Assembly: GCA_047974975.1 (NCBI GenBank)
Contig: JBKECV010000015.1
Location: 12,712-76,711 of the forward strand
Direction: 5' to 3'
DNA length: 64,000 nucleotides
DNA from: Candidatus Fimivivens sp.
GTDB taxonomy: Bacteria; Bacillota; Clostridia; Oscillospirales; Ruminococcaceae
Of the stretch, positions 41,453 to 51,184 are shown piece by piece. The translations under genes were made by a program, and so were the position numbers. The notes beneath the pieces were generated by a model, which saw nothing but the letters and a program-made list of their open reading frames with translations, did no database searches and was not told the DNA's origin. Position 1 is the first letter of the stretch. Each line of letters starts with the position of its first letter.

Positions 41453-41681
41453 ATTATGCATTCTAAAGTGACTTTTGGTGCACACTAATACAAAACGCTG
41501 TCAAAATTATGTTGATTTGTGTTTAATATTGCATTTATTATCGGCACTGCAAGTTAGAGACGTATCCTGACAGGCTTTGCCCCCATTCAGACTCGAGCGC
41601 GTGCTTAGTATAATGCTGGAAATGTTCACAGATCTGTGATACAATGACACAATAAAAATTTATGAAAAGGTTGGAGAGGTA

Positions 41682-42974
41682 TTGATGACGACAAATCTGA
41701 TTCGTACCGCGCTCTCGCGCGGCGTTAACCTGTCAGTGCTAAGCGATCCAAAGTTTAAACATAATCGGATCTCCATCAACTTGGTTGTACCGCTCGATGG
41801 GCAGACGGTGAGTGGCAATGCTATATTGCCGTTTCTTCTGCGAAAGGGCAGCCAAAGCTGCAAAGACTTTACCCAGCTCAACCGTCGCCTCGACGCGATG
41901 TATGGGGCCTCGCTTGCTGTTGATGTCGGCAAAAGCGGGGGGAACCAGATCGTTACATTGGGCATAAAAATGCTTGATGACCGCTTTACGCTAGACGGGG
42001 AAGCACTCGTACAGCAGGCGGCGACGCTACTGCGTGAACTGCTCATGGAGCCGATGATTGAAGACGGCACTTTTGATCAAAAGGAATTTTCGCTGGAACG
42101 TCAGAATTTGATAGATGCAATAGAGAGCCTGATCAATGACAAGCGCAGCTACGCGCTTGCACAGTGCCGGATGCTCATGGGGCGCAATGATTCGGCAGCA
42201 CTTCCAAAGTATGGTACGGTGGCGCAGGCCCAACAACTCACCCCAAAAGAGGCGGCTCAAGCTTACTGCAAACTCTTGGATACCGCTGCTATAGAGATTA
42301 TGTTTGTCGGATCGGGCGACCCATCGGCTGCATCGCAGGTTATGAAGCAAGCCTTTGCCGGCATGACGCGGGCGCCGCACCCCTTTACCGACGCGAAAAT
42401 TTGTGCTGCGGGTGAAACGGTGCTCAATAAGGTCGAATACCTCGATGTGGCACAGTCTAAGCTGGTGCTCGGGTTGCGCAGCGACCGACGTGGCAATATG
42501 GCCGAGCAGTCCGCTATGCGCCTGATGACGGCACTTTATGGCGGCACGCCATCTTCAAAGCTATTTTTAAATGTACGAGAGAAATTGTCACTTTGCTATT
42601 ATTGTGCGGCGCGCTATGATCGGAATGCAGCCGTTATGGTCGTGGATTGTGGCGTAGAAAAAGAAAATATCGAGAGTGCTAAAAAAGAAATACTCGCACA
42701 GCTCGATGAGATTAGAAATGGCAATTTTGATGATGAAACGCTTGAAAACACGCGCCTTCAGATTAAAAACAGCCTGCGTGCTGTGTCGGATTATCCCGGC
42801 ACCTTGGAGGATTGGTATCTCGCCCGAATTTTATCGGATGAAGTTGCCACGCCTGAAAAAGAGATGTGCGCGATGGATGCCGTAACCCGAGAACAAGTGA
42901 TTGAAGCTGCCAAAAGAATTCGACTTGATGCGATTTATCTGCTTACTTCAAAGGAGGAATCGGTGGATGCTTAG
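41682..42974 (+). CDS. M16 peptidase, non-catalytic subunit (YmfF-like)
   Basis: SKLFLNVREKLSLCYY C-terminal motif, no HXXEH, paired with the next gene. Confidence 0.85.
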   Translation: MMTTNLIRTALSRGVNLSVLSDPKFKHNRISINLVVPLDGQTVSGNAILPFLLRKGSQSCKDFTQLNRRLDAMYGASLAVDVGKSGGNQIVTLGIKMLDDRFTLDGEALVQQAATLLRELLMEPMIEDGTFDQKEFSLERQNLIDAIESLINDKRSYALAQCRMLMGRNDSAALPKYGTVAQAQQLTPKEAAQAYCKLLDTAAIEIMFVGSGDPSAASQVMKQAFAGMTRAPHPFTDAKICAAGETVLNKVEYLDVAQSKLVLGLRSDRRGNMAEQSAMRLMTALYGGTPSSKLFLNVREKLSLCYYCAARYDRNAAVMVVDCGVEKENIESAKKEILAQLDEIRNGNFDDETLENTRLQIKNSLRAVSDYPGTLEDWYLARILSDEVATPEKEMCAMDAVTREQVIEAAKRIRLDAIYLLTSKEESVDA

Positions 42975-44235
42975 TGAAAATATTGCTTGCCGTCGTCTGG
43001 AGGAGGGCTATACCCGTATCGTTCATCCCAGCGGCTTGACGTTGATGCTTTGCCCGATGGAAGGCTTTTCAGGCGCGCATGCGTTGTTCGCCACCCGCTG
43101 TGGTTCAATAGATGATTCGTTTGCAATCGGCGATGAAGACTATACCACTGTGCCCAATGGTATCGCACATTTTTTAGAGCATAAACTCTTTGAGAGCGAG
43201 GAGGGGGATGCCTTTGAGCAGTATGCCAAAACCGGCGCTTCCGCCAACGCATATACATCGTTTGATCGTACGGCCTATCTTTTCGGTTGTACTGATAAAT
43301 TTGACCAGTCGATTGAGATTTTACTGAATCTTGTTACAAAGCCCTATTTTACTGAAGCAACAGTACAAAAGGAACAGGGGATTATCGGACAAGAAATTAG
43401 AATGTACGATGACGATCCCGGTTGGCGCGTCTATTTCAACCTGTTGGGGGCGCTGTATCATCATCATCCGATTCGAGTGGACATTGCGGGAACGGTGGAT
43501 TCTATTTCTGATATCACCGCCGACCTACTTTATCGTTGCTACAATGCGTTTTATAACCTGAACAACATGGTGCTGTCTGTCGCCGGCAATTTCAGCGTCG
43601 AAACGGTGATTAAGGCCTGCGACAAAATTTTGTTGCCGGCTGCGCCGGTGACGGTTCGCACGCGTGAAATCGACGAGCCGCAGTCGGTGTGTGAGCGCCG
43701 GGTGGAACAGAAGCTCGAGGTTGCAACGCCGCTGTTCCAAATCGGTTTTAAGGGAACCCCAAAAAGCTATCGCGAGAATATCCTCGCACAGGTGATCGGT
43801 GAGATCGTTTGCGATTTGGTCGCGGGCGAGTCGACTGCGCTTTACCGCATACTTTATGACGAGGGTTTGATTAACGCCAGCTTTGGCTATGAGGTGATGG
43901 CAGGCCCCAATTACCTTGTAAATCTTTTCTCCGGCGAATCCAGAAACCCCGACGAGGTGTTTGCACGTATTTTAAAAGGGGTGGAAGAATTGCAGCAAAA
44001 AGGCATTTCGGCCGAGGCTTTTGAGCGTGCGCGTCGTGCAGCTTACGGTCGCTATGCCGGCATTTATAGTTCGGTTGAGGCGATGGCCGGTATGATGGTG
44101 TTGGCCTCTTTCGCGGATTTGAGCGCCTATGAACCGTTGGAATTGATCGATGAATTGACTTTGAATGACGCGCAGGCTTTTCTGCGTGAGAACTTTGACC
44201 CTGTGCGCTGCGCACTCTCGGTGGTGCGGGACTAG
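42967..44235 (+). CDS. M16 zinc peptidase (YmfH-like)
   Basis: GIAHFLEHKLFE, ANAYTSFDRT and EQGIIGQEI. Confidence 0.9.
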   Translation: MLSENIACRRLEEGYTRIVHPSGLTLMLCPMEGFSGAHALFATRCGSIDDSFAIGDEDYTTVPNGIAHFLEHKLFESEEGDAFEQYAKTGASANAYTSFDRTAYLFGCTDKFDQSIEILLNLVTKPYFTEATVQKEQGIIGQEIRMYDDDPGWRVYFNLLGALYHHHPIRVDIAGTVDSISDITADLLYRCYNAFYNLNNMVLSVAGNFSVETVIKACDKILLPAAPVTVRTREIDEPQSVCERRVEQKLEVATPLFQIGFKGTPKSYRENILAQVIGEIVCDLVAGESTALYRILYDEGLINASFGYEVMAGPNYLVNLFSGESRNPDEVFARILKGVEELQQKGISAEAFERARRAAYGRYAGIYSSVEAMAGMMVLASFADLSAYEPLELIDELTLNDAQAFLRENFDPVRCALSVVRD

Positions 44236-44255
44236 ACAGAAAAGAGGAGACAAAC

Positions 44256-45305
44256 ATGGATTCATTTATCCATTTGGCCAGCACTGATACCGCTGCAAAG
44301 TTGGCGTTTCCCGGTTTGGGTTTGGAGTTTTCCATCTCACGGGTCGCGCTCTTTATCGGACCGTTTACTATTTACTGGTATGGCATCATTGTGGTGACCG
44401 GCATCGCACTCGGCGTCATTTACGCCACTTGGCGCGCGGCTCAATTCGGTATTAACAAAGAGAAGCTCAGTGATGTTTTTCTGTATGCAATCATCGCGGG
44501 GATGTTGGGTGCAAGAGCCTATTATGTTGCTTTTTCGTGGGATTATTATAAGTTGCACCCCGCAGAGATTGTTCAGATATGGAAAGGCGGCATCGCCTTT
44601 TACGGCGGCATTATCGCGGCAATATTATGCGGTTATCTGCTGTGTCGCCGTTGGAAGCTTCCGGTCGTGCAAGCGCTGGATGCATCGCTGGGTGGTTTGC
44701 TGCTGGGGCAATCGATCGGACGTTGGGGCAATTTTGTCAATATCGAGGCGTTTGGTGGTTACTTTGAAGGGCCGTGGCGTATGGTCAGCCCGATGATAGA
44801 CAGCTATTTTCATATGCAGCCTGATCTGTTGCCGGGATTTACGCCTGATCAAGTATTGCAGATGCGTGATATACCGGTGCATCCCACCTTTTTTTATGAA
44901 TCGGCATGGACGATGTTGGGTTTTTTGTTTATCGTCAGGTACACCAAACGGCGCAAATTTAACGGTGAATTGACGTTGATGTATTTTTTTATTAACGGTC
45001 TGGGGCGCGCAGTCATTGAGGGGTTGCGTACCGACAGCTTGATGGCCGGCGGCATTCGCATTTCTCAAGTATTAGCAGGCTGTATGGTGGTGGTTGCTGT
45101 TCTACTCTGGATAGTAGCATACAAGAAGCTGGCCGATGGTACTGCACCTGCATGGCTGTTGCGTGCAACGCTTGAATCGGCAGATGTGACAGCGTGCCAG
45201 GACAGCAACGGCGCTATTGCCAACGCGCAATCACAGCCGGATGACGTTGTGGTTGAAGATAACGGTGTACAGGGCATTGATAAGACCGATCACAGCCAAG
45301 ATTAA
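44256..45305 (+). CDS. lgt: Prolipoprotein diacylglyceryl transferase
   Basis: IYWYGI, GARAYYV, IGRWGNFVN, HPTFFYES and EGLRTD. Confidence 0.95.
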   Translation: MDSFIHLASTDTAAKLAFPGLGLEFSISRVALFIGPFTIYWYGIIVVTGIALGVIYATWRAAQFGINKEKLSDVFLYAIIAGMLGARAYYVAFSWDYYKLHPAEIVQIWKGGIAFYGGIIAAILCGYLLCRRWKLPVVQALDASLGGLLLGQSIGRWGNFVNIEAFGGYFEGPWRMVSPMIDSYFHMQPDLLPGFTPDQVLQMRDIPVHPTFFYESAWTMLGFLFIVRYTKRRKFNGELTLMYFFINGLGRAVIEGLRTDSLMAGGIRISQVLAGCMVVVAVLLWIVAYKKLADGTAPAWLLRATLESADVTACQDSNGAIANAQSQPDDVVVEDNGVQGIDKTDHSQD

Positions 45306-45390
45306 GCCATTATGTTTTGCTCAAAAAGCACACGAGGTGCAGCAAAACACTTTGTGCGTATTATGATGCTGAAAAAGAGAGAAAAATGCC

Positions 45391-45419
45391 TTGACAAAGC
45401 CAAAACTCTATGATACTAT
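45391..45419 (+). promoter_or_regulatory. Sigma-A promoter of rplU-rpmA
   Basis: TTGACA-17-TACTAT with an extended TG. Confidence 0.7.
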
Positions 45420-45424
45420 AATTT

Positions 45425-45500
45425 TTGCCGCATGTTTTAGGTCATAAGTGTGCCTCTTCAAAGGTGCCGCCTAAAAGCAGCGAGACTGAACAGATAAGCA
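45425..45500 (+). ncRNA. Probable L21 ribosomal leader RNA
   Basis: Occupies the rplU 5' UTR. TGCCGCA...GCGAG ends and a TTTTAGG/CCTAAAA stem resemble firmicute L21 leaders. Confidence 0.5.
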
Positions 45501-45508
45501 GGTGTAAC

Positions 45509-45820
45509 ATGTACGCAGTATTCACTACCGGCGGTAAGCAGTACCGTGTCGCTCAGGGCGACGTAATTTTTGTCGAAAAACTCGACATTGAGGCCGATCA
45601 AACCATCGAATTCGACAACGTTCTCGTTGTTGGACAAGATGATAGCGCTGTTGTGGGCACCCCCACTGTAGCGGGAGCGAAGGTTGTTGCCAAGGCTCTA
45701 AAGAATGGTAAGGGCAAAAAGATCACCGTCTTCACCTACCGTTCCAAAAAGGATTCCAAGCGTAAGATGGGCCACAGACAGCCCTATACCAAGCTTGAAA
45801 TCACCGCGATTAATGCTTAA
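45509..45820 (+). CDS. rplU: 50S ribosomal protein L21
   Basis: [14 protein letters not shown] and GHRQPYT. Confidence 0.97.
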   Translation: MYAVFTTGGKQYRVAQGDVIFVEKLDIEADQTIEFDNVLVVGQDDSAVVGTPTVAGAKVVAKALKNGKGKKITVFTYRSKKDSKRKMGHRQPYTKLEITAINA

Positions 45821-45858
45821 AGAAATCTAAACCATTTATTATTGGAGGTGCAAAACCA

Positions 45859-46119
45859 ATGGCACATAAGAAGGGCGTAGGCTCAACTAAAAACGGTCGC
45901 GACTCCGAGTCTAAACGACTAGGCGTGAAGCGTGCTGACGGTCAGTTTGTTAAGGCTGGCAATATTCTGGTTCGTCAAAGAGGCACCCACATCCATCCTG
46001 GCGAGAATGTCGGAATCGGTTCGGATGATACTCTGTTCGCGCTTTCTGACGGAACACTCCGTTTTGAGCGCCTGGGACGTGACCGCAAGAAAGCTTCGGT
46101 CTACGCGGCACAGAACTAA
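45859..46119 (+). CDS. rpmA: 50S ribosomal protein L27 (no N-terminal leader)
   Basis: [16 protein letters not shown] and [18 protein letters not shown]. Confidence 0.97.
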   Translation: MAHKKGVGSTKNGRDSESKRLGVKRADGQFVKAGNILVRQRGTHIHPGENVGIGSDDTLFALSDGTLRFERLGRDRKKASVYAAQN

Positions 46120-46129
46120 GTTTACGAAC

Positions 46130-46159
46130 AAAAATCCCGAGCGTTCGCTCGGGATTTTT
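46130..46159 (+). terminator. Terminator after rpmA
   Basis: AAAAATCCCGAGCG-TT-CGCTCGGGATTTTT. Confidence 0.8.
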
Positions 46160-46401
46160 CTGTCTTGTGGCCTCGTGATGCAATACTGATCCTTGCGTTG
46201 TTTCGGAGTAGCGCGCGAGGATGAAAAAACAATGCTGCTCGCTGTTATTGTGCAGAACATGAGCCGGCCAGATTTATCGTTTGGCCATCGGCTTTAAAGG
46301 TCGTTGGAGGTGCTCTTTTCTGCGCTGGGTCGGCGCGTAGAATAACTCGCACCCAATGGACGTAAGTTGTTGGTGTGCGCCCCCACAAAGGAGGGTAAAA
46401 T

Positions 46402-47676
46402 ATGTTTATTGATAAGGCGTCTATTAAAATCAAAGGCGGCAAGGGTGGCGATGGTTGTGTGTCGTTCCACCGTGAAAAATATGTCGCGGCAGGTGGCCCG
46501 GACGGCGGTGACGGCGGGCGTGGCGGCAATGTCGTGTTTGTGGCCGATACGAACAAAACAACGCTGATGGAGTTTAAATATAAGACGCGTTATTTTGCGC
46601 CCGAAGGTGAACCGGGCGGTCGTCGCCAATGCAGCGGCAAAACGGCGGAGGATCTTGTCATTCGGGTGCCGGTGGGCACGCTGATACGCGCGCGTGAATC
46701 GGGCAGACTGTTGGCTGATATCTCGGACGATGTACCGGTTGTGATTGCTAAGGGTGGACGTGGCGGCTGGGGCAACCAGCATTTTGCGACGCCCACGCGT
46801 CAGATACCGCGCTTTGCAAAACCGGGTGCGCCGGGAGAGGAATTTGACGTCCAACTGGAATTAAAGCTGTTGGCGGATGTCGGATTGGTCGGTTTTCCGA
46901 ATGTGGGTAAATCGACGTTGATTTCGATGGTGAGTGAGGCGAAGCCCAAAATTGCCAACTATCATTTTACGACGCTAACCCCGGTATTGGGTGTTGTGCG
47001 GGTGGATGCGGAAAAAAGCTATGTTATGGCCGATATTCCCGGCTTGATTGAAGGCGCGTCCGAAGGGGTTGGATTGGGGCATGCGTTTTTGCGCCATGTG
47101 GAGCGTTGCCGTTTGATGATCCATGTCGTGGACGTTTCAGGCTGCGAGGGGAGAGATCCCCTTGACGACTTTGACCTGATCAATCGTGAGTTGGCTAATT
47201 TTTCAGAGGCACTGGCTGAGCAGCCGATGTTAGTGGCTGCCAATAAGTGTGATATTGCATCCTCCGAACAAGTGGACAGCTTTATAAAAACACTGGAGCA
47301 GCGCGGGTATCGGGTATTCCCGATTTCTGCGGCTACTAAGCAGGGGGTAGAATCCCTTAAAAATGCAGTTGCTGCCGAGTTGGATAAGCTGCCGCCGGTG
47401 CTGCGCTATGAACCTGATCCGCTGCCGGAAGTCGAAATTGATACCAACGAGCGGCATCAATTTGAGATTACACGCGGCGATGATGGGATATACTATATTA
47501 AAGCGAGTTGGCTACCTTATATACTCAGTTCGGTTAATATGGACGACTACGAATCGCTGCAATATCTCCAGCGTTCGCTGCGTAGCAGCGGCATCATCGA
47601 TAAGCTGGAGGAAATGGGTATCAAAGAAGGCGATACCGTTGACATTGACGGTTTTGAATTTGATTATCTGAGATAA
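46402..47676 (+). CDS. obgE: GTPase Obg
   Basis: GGPDGGDGGRGG, GFPNVGKS, YHFTT, DIPG and NKCD. Confidence 0.97.
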   Translation: MFIDKASIKIKGGKGGDGCVSFHREKYVAAGGPDGGDGGRGGNVVFVADTNKTTLMEFKYKTRYFAPEGEPGGRRQCSGKTAEDLVIRVPVGTLIRARESGRLLADISDDVPVVIAKGGRGGWGNQHFATPTRQIPRFAKPGAPGEEFDVQLELKLLADVGLVGFPNVGKSTLISMVSEAKPKIANYHFTTLTPVLGVVRVDAEKSYVMADIPGLIEGASEGVGLGHAFLRHVERCRLMIHVVDVSGCEGRDPLDDFDLINRELANFSEALAEQPMLVAANKCDIASSEQVDSFIKTLEQRGYRVFPISAATKQGVESLKNAVAAELDKLPPVLRYEPDPLPEVEIDTNERHQFEITRGDDGIYYIKASWLPYILSSVNMDDYESLQYLQRSLRSSGIIDKLEEMGIKEGDTVDIDGFEFDYLR

Positions 47677-47688
47677 GGAGCGGGTTGT

Positions 47689-48138
47689 ATGCTGAATGCG
47701 GAAAATGCGCCTGACCTCAGGCTCATTAACCCTTTGACACTGGCTTTTGTCGGGGATGGGGTATATGAGATGTTAGTGCGCGAGGAGATTGTCAATCGTT
47801 ACACCAGTCTTTCGGCCAAGAAGCTGCATACCCTCGCGGTAGAGATGGTGCGGGCCACTGCGCAAGCGCGTGGTTTTAATGTGATTTCGCCCGCTCTTAC
47901 CGAAGCGGAGATGACAGTGTTTAAACGCGGTCGCAATGCAAACGGTGTGACACCGCCACGCCACACGTCCGCCGGTGAATATCGTGCTGCGACGGGACTT
48001 GAAGCGCTGTTTGGGTGGTTGTATCTCGGTGGAAATCAGCAGCGTATTCGGACATTGTTTAAAATGATTTTGGACGGGGATTTGCATGAAACAAGAAAAA
48101 ACCCCGACATCGAAGACGCGGCACTACTTCAAAACTGA
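47689..48138 (+). CDS. mrnC: Mini-ribonuclease III
   Basis: LAFVGDGVYE, KRGRNA and YRAATGLEALFG. Confidence 0.92.
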   Translation: MLNAENAPDLRLINPLTLAFVGDGVYEMLVREEIVNRYTSLSAKKLHTLAVEMVRATAQARGFNVISPALTEAEMTVFKRGRNANGVTPPRHTSAGEYRAATGLEALFGWLYLGGNQQRIRTLFKMILDGDLHETRKNPDIEDAALLQN

Positions 48139-48964
48139 ATTTTTCACTGAAACTGCCGCCGCAGCCCTATTGGCGTTGGGAATTTGCGTGTTTTCCGCAC
48201 CCAACCGTATTGTTGGCGGCGGTATTTCAGGTATTGCATCGGTTCTTTTTATTTTGTTTGGGCTGCCAATCGGCACAGTGAGTCTTGCCTTGAATATTCC
48301 GTTGCTGCTATTGGGGTGGCGTATTCTCGGGCGCCGTTTTATTTTGCGGACGTTGCGCATTACGGTGATTATGTCTCTTATAATGGATGCCACCACAGCG
48401 TTGGTGCCGCCTTATAATGGCGAACCGCTGTTGGCTTCGGTATTTGGCGGCGTTTTTGCAGGTGCTGGTCTCGGCATTATTCTCATGCGCGGGGACTCAA
48501 CCGGCGGTACCGATATTATTGTCATGTTGATAAAGAAAAAGCATCCACACTTTTCGTTTGGTTTTATCGTATTAATTACTGATTGCGCCGTTGTGCTGAT
48601 GGCCGCAATAGTCTATCGCAGCGCGGATACTATTCTGTATGGTACGGTGATGATTTACGTCTCAACAGTCGTCATTGACCGCATCATCGACGGTGCGGAT
48701 GTCAGAAAGCTGGCACTGATCGTTACACGCGAACAGCAAGCGGTCACGCAAGCGCTGCTCACTGAGTTAGAACGTGGTGTGACAGTGCTATCGGCGCAGG
48801 GCGGGTATAGTCGTGCGTCCATTGCTGTACTGCTTTGTGTGGTGGATAAAAGACAAAATTTTAAATTAAAGGCGTTGGTGCGCCAAAATGACAATAGTGC
48901 TTTTGTGATTATTACCCATGCTACCGAGGCGCTTGGCACCGGTTTTAAGCAGCATTGGGATTAA
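48086..48964 (+). CDS. YitT family membrane protein
   Basis: GGISG, LNIPL, STGGTDI and a C-terminal RGVT..GGYS domain. Confidence 0.88.
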   Translation: MKQEKTPTSKTRHYFKTEFFTETAAAALLALGICVFSAPNRIVGGGISGIASVLFILFGLPIGTVSLALNIPLLLLGWRILGRRFILRTLRITVIMSLIMDATTALVPPYNGEPLLASVFGGVFAGAGLGIILMRGDSTGGTDIIVMLIKKKHPHFSFGFIVLITDCAVVLMAAIVYRSADTILYGTVMIYVSTVVIDRIIDGADVRKLALIVTREQQAVTQALLTELERGVTVLSAQGGYSRASIAVLLCVVDKRQNFKLKALVRQNDNSAFVIITHATEALGTGFKQHWD

Positions 48965-49060
48965 TCATTAATTTTGCTTACCATCGACAATAATGCCGTG
49001 TCATTTTCGATGCGCTCATGTATGAAGGAAAGCAATGCAAATAAGAGAGGAAGACGGACC

Positions 49061-49936
49061 ATGAACTTGACCAAGAGGCGGTTTTTTTTAGGGATCAAGG
49101 GACTTGCATTAGATGTTGTAGCTTCAATTTTTCTCACTATAGGCGTTAAAATGTTTGCTGTTCCTAATCAAATAGCGCCAAGTGGGTTTACAGGCATTAC
49201 AGTATTGGTTAACTATTTAACCGGATTGCCAATCGGCTCCATGAGCCTGCTGATGAATATCCCGTTTTTGATTATCTGTTGGCGATATATCAGTAAAGAT
49301 TTTGTTTTGTATACGATGCGTGTGCTGATTATTTTTTCGCTGATGATGGATTGGGTTTTTATTTCATCGCCGGTTTATACAGGTGATCCGCTGTTGGCAG
49401 CGTTATTTGGCGGTCTTTTTTCCGGTATTGGCGGCGGTATCGTCTTTTCTCAAGGATCATCCGCCGGCGGTACAGATTTAATAGTCAAACTCATACGCAA
49501 GAAATACCCCTATGTCTCTACGGGGCAGCTTGTTGTTGGTCTCAACGGCGTGATCATGGTGACGGCCGCAGTGGTTTATGGCAATATTGAAGCGGGACTT
49601 TATGGTTTGATTATGACCTTTACCTCCGGCAAGGTTGTGGATACGATCTTAAACGGCGCTGATTCCGCTATGAGCGTGATGATTATAACCAATCAACCCA
49701 AACCCATAGCCAAGAGCATTATTGATCAGTTGCACCGAAGCGCAACGATTTTAAGCGGGGTTGGTGCTTATAATGCCGGGGATACATATGTGTTGATGTG
49801 TGTTGTGCGCAAAACCGAATTTTTCAAGCTGAAACGTTTAATCCGTGACGCAGATCCATTGGCGTTTGTTATCGTCAACCAAGCTAATCAAATTTTGGGC
49901 AAGGGGTTTCGTGCCATCGATTCAGCGGATTCATAA
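49061..49936 (+). CDS. YitT family membrane protein (tandem paralog)
   Basis: SGFTG, MNIPF, SAGGTDL and DPLAFV. Confidence 0.88.
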   Translation: MNLTKRRFFLGIKGLALDVVASIFLTIGVKMFAVPNQIAPSGFTGITVLVNYLTGLPIGSMSLLMNIPFLIICWRYISKDFVLYTMRVLIIFSLMMDWVFISSPVYTGDPLLAALFGGLFSGIGGGIVFSQGSSAGGTDLIVKLIRKKYPYVSTGQLVVGLNGVIMVTAAVVYGNIEAGLYGLIMTFTSGKVVDTILNGADSAMSVMIITNQPKPIAKSIIDQLHRSATILSGVGAYNAGDTYVLMCVVRKTEFFKLKRLIRDADPLAFVIVNQANQILGKGFRAIDSADS

Positions 49937-49963
49937 AAATAGGAAGCGATCTTACCTGATAGC

Positions 49964-50005
49964 TAAATTAAGGCGGAATCCAAATTTGGATTCCGCCTTA
50001 ATTTA
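49964..50005. repeat. Perfect 42-bp palindrome, likely bidirectional terminator
   Basis: TAAATTAAGGCGGAATCCAAA|TTTGGATTCCGCCTTAATTTA between convergent genes. Confidence 0.85.
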
Positions 50006-50073
50006 TGACAATTGCAGATCAGCATTTCAAAAAATATCCGGTTGTAGATTGCTTTATAAAAGCCTTTCTATTT

Positions 50074-50619
50074 TTAGCCGAAGTATCTTTTCAGCAGGCC
50101 CTCAAAACCGCATCCGTGGCGCGCCTCGTCCTTGCACATCTCGTGCACGGTATCGTGGATTGCATCGTAGCCAAGCTGTTTTGCGCGGGTGGCAATGTGC
50201 TTCTTACCGGCGCAGGCGCCGTGCTCAGCTGCTGTGCGCAACTCAAGATTTTTCTTAGTATCGGCATGGACCACTTCGCCAAGTAATTCGGCAAACTTGG
50301 CGGCATGCTCGGCCTCTTCAAAGGCGTATTTAGCAAAAGCAGCTGCTATTTCAGGGTAACCCTCGCGATCGGCCTGGCGGCTCATAGCCAAGTACATACC
50401 AACCTCGGTGCATTCGCCCATGAAGTTGCTGCGCAGACCCTCAAGAACTTCGGGGTCGCAATCCTTGGCGACGCCAATTTTGTGTTCGTCTGCAAAGACA
50501 AACCCTTCATTCTTCATTTCGTTGAATTTGCTGCCGGGCACCTTACATTGTGGACAGAACTCAGGGGGATGCTCACCTTCATGGACATAACCGCAAACAC
50601 TACATACAAATTTTTTCAT
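50074..50619 (-). CDS. Reverse rubrerythrin / NADH peroxidase
   Basis: N-terminal rubredoxin CSVCG..CPQC followed by a ferritin-like domain with EAEH and EARH. Confidence 0.92.
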   Translation of the reverse strand: MKKFVCSVCGYVHEGEHPPEFCPQCKVPGSKFNEMKNEGFVFADEHKIGVAKDCDPEVLEGLRSNFMGECTEVGMYLAMSRQADREGYPEIAAAFAKYAFEEAEHAAKFAELLGEVVHADTKKNLELRTAAEHGACAGKKHIATRAKQLGYDAIHDTVHEMCKDEARHGCGFEGLLKRYFG

Positions 50620-50767
50620 TTTTTATTCCTCCATAATATAATATTGGTCATTCAACATTGATTTGTTGATACAAGCATACCATTATGGTGTGTTTATTGC
50701 AATAGGTAAAAATAACTGAAATTTCACCTAATATTTGATAAATTTTTGAAATTGATTAAATTTAAAT

Positions 50768-50796
50768 GCATAAAGCGCTGTAATGAACAGATAATA
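50768..50796 (+). promoter_or_regulatory. Putative forespore sigma-G/F promoter
   Basis: GCATA-17-GATAATA, one mismatch to CATAaTA. Confidence 0.45.
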
Positions 50797-50820
50797 AAAA
50801 CAAAAGTGAGGTGAAAAGAA

Positions 50821-51021
50821 ATGAATAACAATAACAATTCGACGCGTGGTGCACAGAGCAACCAGCAAAACAATCCTCAGTCAAACCATCAGAGCAATGC
50901 TCAAAACTCGGTCAAAACCAACCATCAAACTTCCAACAGCAATAAGAACAATTATCAGTCCTCCACCCAGGCAGGTAACCCCAAAGGCGCGAACAACCAG
51001 AACAGCGAAAACTGCAAATAA
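50821..51021 (+). CDS. Small Asn/Gln-rich protein (66 aa)
   Basis: Strong RBS GAGGTG, its own terminator, intergenic position; 21 N plus 10 Q of 66 residues. Confidence 0.75.
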   Translation: MNNNNNSTRGAQSNQQNNPQSNHQSNAQNSVKTNHQTSNSNKNNYQSSTQAGNPKGANNQNSENCK

Positions 51022-51035
51022 ATAATCCCATGCTT

Positions 51036-51075
51036 AAAAACGCCGCAAAAGCTTTAAAGTTTTTGCGGCGTTTTT
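51036..51075 (+). terminator. Terminator after the N/Q-rich gene
   Basis: AAAAACGCCGCAAAA...TTTTGCGGCGTTTTT. Confidence 0.8.
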
Positions 51076-51184
51076 CTGGTTTGATATTTGCTGGCGCAAA
51101 ATGCTCGATGATTAATTGATTGCTGTTCATCAGGCGGTATGATAAAATAAAAATATAGCGATCAACTTAAGGAGGCTACCAAAA

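Noticed and set aside
48086..48138. 53-nt mrnC/yitT overlap as a frameshift or pseudogene
   Set aside because: Both proteins appear complete; this is more likely a variable tail or a start-site uncertainty.
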